From: Pseudomonadota bacterium
GTDB taxonomy: Bacteria; Bdellovibrionota; Bdellovibrionia; Bdellovibrionales; SG-bin7
Reading direction: 5' to 3'
Assembly (NCBI GenBank): GCA_034439715.1
Contig: JAWXAY010000087.1
Coordinates: 1-31,975 of the forward strand
Length of the DNA: 31,975 bases
Positions within the stretch are counted from its first letter, which is position 1. Each line of letters starts with the position of its first letter. Positions 26,280-31,975 of the stretch are shown one piece after another. The translations under genes and the position numbers were made by a program. Under the pieces are notes generated by a model. The model did no database searches and was not told the DNA's origin. It saw only the letters and a list, made by a program, of their open reading frames with translations.

Positions 26280-27352
26280 TCGGATTTTACCCTTTTAAAT
26301 AATTCCGCAAGGTCGGCGGGCCAGTCGACTTCAAACTCTAAATTCATACCAGATGTCGGATGTTTAAATTTGATTTTTTTAGCCAGTAATGCTGATCTTG
26401 GGAAGGCCTCAAGGTAAAATCTTAGCGACATCTCTCGAATGGTTTTTAGTGGAGGGTGTTGGGTATATATTTTGTCTCCTACGATGGGATGACCCATTTC
26501 TGATAAGTGTATGCGGATCTGATGTGTTCGACCCGTCTCGAGATTCAATTCGAGTAAGCTCAGGGCCTCTGAAAAAAAAGTGTTTACTCGGAAATGCGAA
26601 ATCGCTTTTTTCCCCGTTGAAATGTCGATGGTAGAGTTTAACATATGATCTTGGGGTCTGATAATTTGTTTGGTGTTAGGATGTCGAAGCGACATTCTCT
26701 TTTTTCTATTTGAGGGATTTCGAATTAAGTAAGACTCAATTTTACCCTCTTGAGTTTTCGGTCGGCCATAGCAGAAAGCAAAATAAGTGCGACCTACCTG
26801 GTGCTCTTTAAATTGTTGCTGCAGATTCGACTGGGCGCCATCGTTTTTGGCAATTAAAAGCAGGCCACTAGTTTCATTATCAAGTCTGTGAACAATTCCA
26901 GGACGGTCGGGAGCAAAGCCAGAAGATAAATCTTTTGTATATTCTTTTAAGGCGTCTACGACAGTATAAACTTTTTTGCCCGCCCCTGGGTGAACGGATA
27001 TCATGGCAGGCTTATTAATTACTAATATATCTTTATCCTCGTAAACAATGTCGAGCGATATTTTTTTAGAGAGGTCTAACGGCGACTCTTCGGGGAGATT
27101 AATTTCAATTTTGTCACCCGCGCGCACGAGTAGCGAGGGCTTTCCGGGTAACGTATTAATCAAAATTCGTCCATCCGAAATTAATTTAGATACTTGTGAT
27201 CGAGAAAGCGTGACAATGCTTTCAGAAATAAATTTATCCAATCGAAGTTTAGATTTTTCTTCTGGCACAGTAATTTCGAGTGGCCGACTATTTTTTTCCA
27301 AGGGCGTTCTTATATAGATCGAGGTAGGATTTTGTGACTCTTCGCTCGTCAA
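26276..27352 (-). CDS. rluD: RluA-family pseudouridine synthase with S4 domain (RluD-like)
   Basis: RLDKF..SRS S4 domain, NKP, catalytic HRLD.ETSG, GRTHQIR and GDKIY. The start is uncertain (TTG 27352 or 27301). Confidence 0.9.
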   Translation of the reverse strand: MTSEESQNPTSIYIRTPLEKNSRPLEITVPEEKSKLRLDKFISESIVTLSRSQVSKLISDGRILINTLPGKPSLLVRAGDKIEINLPEESPLDLSKKISLDIVYEDKDILVINKPAMISVHPGAGKKVYTVVDALKEYTKDLSSGFAPDRPGIVHRLDNETSGLLLIAKNDGAQSNLQQQFKEHQVGRTYFAFCYGRPKTQEGKIESYLIRNPSNRKKRMSLRHPNTKQIIRPQDHMLNSTIDISTGKKAISHFRVNTFFSEALSLLELNLETGRTHQIRIHLSEMGHPIVGDKIYTQHPPLKTIREMSLRFYLEAFPRSALLAKKIKFKHPTSGMNLEFEVDWPADLAELFKRVKSD

Positions 27353-27926
27353 GATTTAAAATTTTACAAAGCTGAACTAAAAAGCCGCGTACAAAAACGG
27401 GTGCAGGGATAGCTGTAAAATCATTTCTCTCCATAGCTACTAAATAGCTGAGCCCGATTCGGGTAGTTTCTGCGATGCTTTCCACAGGTATTTCTTTGTA
27501 TTGTCGAACTTTTTTTAAAAACGAGCCATCCCACACTGTCTGTGCGTTGATTTCATCTTCCATTGCTGAACTAATTTTGTAGGTACCGAACTTGGTTCTA
27601 CCTAGCCCTTCTTCCGAGGCAATATCACCCGACGGTTTACGCAAATTAATTGAGACTCGAGTCTCTCCGGAATTAGCAGGAGTCTCAGACTTCAATTTTT
27701 CATTATAAGCAGAACGCAACCTCTGGTTACCCAAGACGGCATAGGCTTCTTCGATAAGGCGATTTAACTGTTGGGCCTCAGTGGGTGTAAACATTGTATA
27801 AAGGGCCGGGCTCTCTGTAGAGTATGTGGCTTTTGCTCGCAGGTAGGCCTCATGAACCTCATGTTCACCTGCTTCTTTAGTAACCTCTAATATTTGATAG
27901 TAGGTTTGCTCCTGCCAGTCGGCCAT
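27288..27926 (-). CDS. J-like domain (no HPD) plus RodZ-type Xre HTH protein
   Basis: YYQILEV...VHEAY...IEEAYAVLGN..LRSAYN, followed by GSFLKKVR...TRIG..YLVAME...PAPVFVRGFL. Confidence 0.85.
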   Translation of the reverse strand: MADWQEQTYYQILEVTKEAGEHEVHEAYLRAKATYSTESPALYTMFTPTEAQQLNRLIEEAYAVLGNQRLRSAYNEKLKSETPANSGETRVSINLRKPSGDIASEEGLGRTKFGTYKISSAMEDEINAQTVWDGSFLKKVRQYKEIPVESIAETTRIGLSYLVAMERNDFTAIPAPVFVRGFLVQLCKILNLDERRVTKSYLDLYKNALGKK

Positions 27927-27933
27927 AATGTAT

Positions 27934-28896
27934 TTATATTACTGCCTTTTTGGCCTGGCGATGAACTAAATTTTTCGCTATGTTTAAAAATTGGGCAACA
28001 AGTCGACTGTAGGGATATTCCGTAATTACGGGCCGTCGTTTTCTGAGGGCCTGCCATACGGCATTGTCGTGGTCTAAGTAACCTACGTAATTTGACTCAA
28101 TACCGAAGTACTTACTGCAGACGCTGGCAACAGAGTTACCAAGGTCTACGTCTGCCCGCGTTCTTATCTGATTAACTAAAATATCAATATTGAATTCCTG
28201 CACAGCCCTTTCTAGTCTCTGCCCAGACAGTGGATTGCTTTTTTTAATATATTTAATGAGATCGGCGGGAGTCCTAATTCCTAAGTTATTTTTTTGGTCC
28301 ATCGCCACATCGATAAGGTCCTGTATTTGTAATTGTCCCTCAATGCTTTTTAATGATCGATAAAAGGCGGATTTAATAAACCTATAGGCGTTCTCAACGC
28401 TTGTCGGTTCAGGCGTTAAGGCTACAATTTTTCGATCGGCCATAAGAAAAAAATCTAAAATACTATTGTTTGAGCCAGCACCCAAATCAAGTATGAGGTA
28501 CTGTGCAGGAAATTTTTTAAGTTCGTCGACAATTCTTTCCTGTGTACCCGGGTTGAGGTTTGCTATATTCAAAGAATCATTTGAACCGCTAATAAGAGAC
28601 AAACGTTGAAAGTGAGTAGGCGTAGCCACGGCTAAAAGGCTGTCCACCCGGCCTGAAAGAAAATCAAAAAGTCCTAATTCGGGAATGGGCCCACCTATGC
28701 AAGTGTGTAGATTGGCGCCGCCTAAATCGAGATCAACCAATAAAACGGAATACCCAAGCTGCGCAATAGATATTGCAAGACTGGAGCTAATCAGACTTTT
28801 GCCAATTCCACCTTTTCCTCCGCCGACAGCAATGATCGACATAGGGCCAGAAAAGAGATCAGACTTTCTTGCAGTAATTTCGTTTTCTTGAGCCAT
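27934..28896 (-). CDS. MinD/FlhG/ParA-family P-loop ATPase
   Basis: Deviant Walker A GGKGGIGKS, DLDLGGANLH, DLGAG, PEPTSVENAY and VNQ. Confidence 0.9.
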   Translation of the reverse strand: MAQENEITARKSDLFSGPMSIIAVGGGKGGIGKSLISSSLAISIAQLGYSVLLVDLDLGGANLHTCIGGPIPELGLFDFLSGRVDSLLAVATPTHFQRLSLISGSNDSLNIANLNPGTQERIVDELKKFPAQYLILDLGAGSNNSILDFFLMADRKIVALTPEPTSVENAYRFIKSAFYRSLKSIEGQLQIQDLIDVAMDQKNNLGIRTPADLIKYIKKSNPLSGQRLERAVQEFNIDILVNQIRTRADVDLGNSVASVCSKYFGIESNYVGYLDHDNAVWQALRKRRPVITEYPYSRLVAQFLNIAKNLVHRQAKKAVI

Positions 28897-29603
28897 TAAG
28901 TTCCACCTAATTTCTCTTCGGCTTCAGACTTTCGGATATAAAGGGGTAAGACCTCTTTCCAGGAAACAGTCTCTTGGTCCTGAATGGCGCGTAGCGCTAA
29001 TGGGCCCAAGGTCCTAGCGGATGAGAAATTAGGGGATGAATCTAAAAACGTTATTTTTTTGCATTCTTTATCTGAGACATATTTTAAAAAAATGTCTTTA
29101 GCATCACCTATAAAAAGCAGGTCATTCTCAAGAAGAGATGCAAACGCTTCAGGTGCATAGGCTCGCGGCTCAAGGCACATTTTTATGATCTCATTTTGTA
29201 TAATAAACTTAGCTGCATATATAAGGTTTCGAAAAGCATTAATGGCCACAAGAATGGGCCGGGATTTGTCTTTTTGTTGGTGAGCCTGTTGAGCCAAGAG
29301 AGTTAGCGAGTCCACCCTTATGACAGAAACACCCAATGAATACGCCAGTGATCGTGCGGCGTTTACTCCTACCCGAATTCCAGTAAAGCTTCCGGGTCCG
29401 ACGTCTACTGCAATGTAATTAATTTGCGACAGAGGGATTTCGGTAGACTCTAAGAGATCCTCTAGTGCCGGAGAAAATAGCTCACTATGTGAAGTGTTAG
29501 TTTGAAAATTTTTTGACCAATTGCGTTCTCCCAAAAGCCGAGAGTCGTCAAAAATGGCGGTGCTGCCAGTGGCATTTGTGGTAGCAATCGCCAAAATTTT
29601 CAT
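28896..29603 (-). CDS. tsaB: tRNA threonylcarbamoyladenosine biosynthesis protein TsaB
   Basis: HSE, GPGSFTGIRVG and PLYIRKSEAE motifs. Confidence 0.95.
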   Translation of the reverse strand: MKILAIATTNATGSTAIFDDSRLLGERNWSKNFQTNTSHSELFSPALEDLLESTEIPLSQINYIAVDVGPGSFTGIRVGVNAARSLAYSLGVSVIRVDSLTLLAQQAHQQKDKSRPILVAINAFRNLIYAAKFIIQNEIIKMCLEPRAYAPEAFASLLENDLLFIGDAKDIFLKYVSDKECKKITFLDSSPNFSSARTLGPLALRAIQDQETVSWKEVLPLYIRKSEAEEKLGGT

Positions 29604-31276
29604 TACCAGTTTAACTTAAAGACTAAACTTAAATCGTTAAACAAAGCAAAAACCATAAGTCCAACGAGTATAAAGAGTCCAACTTGAGTCGCGATTTCCA
29701 TCTTTCTTAAAGAAACCGGAGTGCCTTTAATGGCTTCAATGAGATAAAAGAACAAATGTCCGCCATCGAGAACGGGAATAGGTAGAAGATTCATAACAAA
29801 TAAATTAATAGATAAAATACCCATCATTTTTACGAAAAGCGAAATGCCAAAATCATAGGTTTTTTTCGCCGCCTGATGAATCGAGATAATTCCACCAATG
29901 TTTCTCGGAGAAATTTTAGCTTGAAAAATTTTTGCGAAAACTAAAAACGTTGTTTGAGTCCAAAGGATCGATTGTTCCCAGCCGTAGACAACGGCAGCTC
30001 CGAGGGAGGGTGTTTTTAGCCAAAAGAAATTCGGGACAGAATCCAACATTGGAGTTGGAGAAATACCAATGGTATAGCGTTTTTCCTGTTGGCCTTGGGC
30101 GCCCGGAAGCTCGCTTGATAGCGGGGTTACTAAAAAATCAAGTGGCTCTCCATTTCGTAAAAGCGAGACTTTAATTGGTGGTTGGCCTTCTTGATAGGAC
30201 TTAACTAATCCAAGAATGTCCATCCAGCGCAAAACTTTAACTGAATTTATTGCAGACAAGCGATCGTTAGCTTTAATTCCCGCCTTTTCAGCCGGCGAAC
30301 CTTCGACAACTCTAAAAAGATAGAGTTCACCGGGCTCAATGCCAAAGGTCGAAACGTTAGTATTGCGGGTGACCGACCATTTGAACTTGAGATGCTCTGG
30401 ATTCTCTAGGCTCTGCGGATAGCGGTCTAATGAGAACTCTATTTCGGCGCCACTCAAACCCTGCTCGAACGCTGCGGATACTTCTCGCCAATTAGTAACT
30501 TCTTTACCATTAATATGAGTGAAAATATCGTGTGACCTAAGTCCCAAAGAAAAAGCTGGAGAATTGTTGTTAGGGACTCCAATTGCCGATGATTGTGACA
30601 AATTTGTTAAGCCATCGACGGTTCCTACTTTGGAACGCAGGCTCAAGAGATCTCGACTTTCCTTAAGCTCTGGTTTTATTTGAACTAAAGAATTTTCGCC
30701 CGAGGCTCGAGCCACTTCCACACGCAGTTCATTTCCTGCGTTGCCCTCGATGATGTCATTAAACTGTTTCCAGGCTAAAACCTCTTTGGCATTAACTCGA
30801 ACAACTTTGTCGCCGGAGCGGAAACCCGCTTCAAAGGCGCTTGATTTAGGATCGATGTCTCCCAAAAAAGGATAGAGGCTGTGTTCGCCAAGTAAGCCAA
30901 CTGCGGCAAATAAAAATATAGCAAAAAAGAAATTCATCAGCGGTCCGGCAAGGACAACAGCAATTCTCTGTCCTAGAGGTTTGTGTAGAAATGATATTTT
31001 TTTGAGTTCGGGTGAAATTTCTACTCGAGGATCGTCCCCAAAAAGTTTTATGTATCCACCTAAAGGGATCAGAGAAAGACAATAAACAGTGTCACCGTAC
31101 TTATATTGAAAGAGTTTTTTTCCGAAACCCATGCTGAACACTTCAACGCGAACCTTAAAATACTTGGCGACTAGAAAGTGCCCAAGTTCGTGAACAAAAA
31201 TTAATAGGCCAAGAAGTACAACAAAGGGAACGGTGTTCGAAAACACCCAAGATATAGAGTTTTGAATTGCATCCAT
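29603..31276 (-). CDS. rseP: RIP metalloprotease RseP (three PDZ-like units)
   Basis: HELGH, IPLGGY, AGPLMN and NLLPIPVLDGG motifs. Start is 31285 or, from promoter geometry, 31276. Confidence 0.95.
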   Translation of the reverse strand: MDAIQNSISWVFSNTVPFVVLLGLLIFVHELGHFLVAKYFKVRVEVFSMGFGKKLFQYKYGDTVYCLSLIPLGGYIKLFGDDPRVEISPELKKISFLHKPLGQRIAVVLAGPLMNFFFAIFLFAAVGLLGEHSLYPFLGDIDPKSSAFEAGFRSGDKVVRVNAKEVLAWKQFNDIIEGNAGNELRVEVARASGENSLVQIKPELKESRDLLSLRSKVGTVDGLTNLSQSSAIGVPNNNSPAFSLGLRSHDIFTHINGKEVTNWREVSAAFEQGLSGAEIEFSLDRYPQSLENPEHLKFKWSVTRNTNVSTFGIEPGELYLFRVVEGSPAEKAGIKANDRLSAINSVKVLRWMDILGLVKSYQEGQPPIKVSLLRNGEPLDFLVTPLSSELPGAQGQQEKRYTIGISPTPMLDSVPNFFWLKTPSLGAAVVYGWEQSILWTQTTFLVFAKIFQAKISPRNIGGIISIHQAAKKTYDFGISLFVKMMGILSINLFVMNLLPIPVLDGGHLFFYLIEAIKGTPVSLRKMEIATQVGLFILVGLMVFALFNDLSLVFKLNW

Positions 31277-31283
31277 AGAAACC

Positions 31284-31313
31284 ATTGTAAACCTGGGCTC
31301 AGCGATAGGCCAA
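31284..31313 (-). promoter_or_regulatory. sigma70-like promoter abutting the rseP start
   Basis: Minus strand TTGGCC(31313-31308)-N18-TACAAT(31289-31284), then 7 nt to ATG 31276. Confidence 0.55.
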
Positions 31314-31344
31314 TGGATTGTGTTTATATGCCTCGCACTACGAC

Positions 31345-31975
31345 TTAGGGTTTGAAAAAACCTAGTACAAACATGTAGAAAACGGCAGATGAGAAGATAA
31401 CGCCGTCGATACGATCAAGAATTCCACCATGCCCAGGCATTATGCCGCCGGAGTCCTTCACATTGGCCAAGCGCTTGAAGAAGGACTTAAATAAATCTCC
31501 GAGTTGAGCAAAAATAGCGGTCATTAAAAAGACCACCAACAACAGGGCAAGGCTTACTTCCAATTCAAAGAAATATGCCCAAGCTAAACCAGTTAAGACT
31601 GAGCCGAAAAGTCCCCCGACAGCACCTTCGAGGGTCTTTTTTGGTGAGAGGGTCTCGTGTAGCTTTCTGTTCCCGAAAAAACGTCCTGCAAAATAAGCGG
31701 AAATATCTCCCGAAAAAACTACCGCAAGATGAAGAAAAAAGAGGACAAGTCCATTTTCAGCTAGCGCAATTTGATAGGAGATTGAAGGCATTAGGCCGCA
31801 ATAGATTAGTCCTACAATTGACATGCCCAAAAATTTTAACACATTGGGCAGGTTTTCTTTTTTCGCCAAAAACCAAAGAGTGGGTCCCGAAATCAAGGCG
31901 CAGAAAATGGGAAGAGTGAAAAAAACCCAATGTGGATATTCGGCAGCCATTAAGAAAAAAAGAGTACCGATAAAA
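31345..31975 (-). CDS. cdsA: Phosphatidate cytidylyltransferase (5'-partial, runs off the window)
   Basis: DISAYFAGRFFG, SPKKTLEG and KDSG..MPGHGGILDRID motifs. The frame stays open to the window edge. Confidence 0.93.
   Translation of the reverse strand, partial: FIGTLFFLMAAEYPHWVFFTLPIFCALISGPTLWFLAKKENLPNVLKFLGMSIVGLIYCGLMPSISYQIALAENGLVLFFLHLAVVFSGDISAYFAGRFFGNRKLHETLSPKKTLEGAVGGLFGSVLTGLAWAYFFELEVSLALLLVVFLMTAIFAQLGDLFKSFFKRLANVKDSGGIMPGHGGILDRIDGVIFSSAVFYMFVLGFFKP

Noticed and set aside
27927..27945. TATAAA-N6-ATG before the J-like/HTH gene
   Set aside because: It overlaps the upstream stop codon and lacks a convincing -35. Operon read-through explains it equally well.

Overview
Core-chromosome window from a bacterium that looks like a Bdellovibrionota (predatory) lineage. 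The taxon is inferred from an FQxC-type lipoprotein signal, a NadD-RsfS fusion, a Lys-rich tail on L21, pilT next to rng-rplU, and no dxr between cdsA and rseP. Left to right it holds an RCC1-repeat lipoprotein, a nucleoside-salvage operon (pdp-punA-deaminase), pilT, rng, rplU-rpmA-obgE-nadD/rsfS-rlmH, a small accessory patch (Tat-exported intradiol dioxygenase-like protein and an ORF6N protein), and comF-lolA-rimO. It continues with a minus-strand run (BatE-like, cNMP-binding, AI-2E, bamD, TPR, hpt-like), astC-astA-astD-mltG, and a minus-strand run (cdsA-rseP-tsaB, MinD/FlhG-like ATPase, J-like/HTH protein, rluD-pgeF). I found no tRNA, rRNA, CRISPR array or transposase. The best leads are: (i) sigma70-like promoters placed 6-7 nt from the ATG of three envelope genes (lolA, bamD, rseP), implying leaderless mRNAs; (ii) a 25-aa membrane peptide with a strong RBS that the ORF track missed; (iii) a sigma28-like motif shared between the pilT promoter and the left edge; (iv) a MinD-like ATPase paired with an HPD-less J-domain/HTH protein; (v) a stand-alone cNMP sensor coupled to an AI-2E transporter; and (vi) an AST cluster lacking astB/astE and translationally coupled to mltG.
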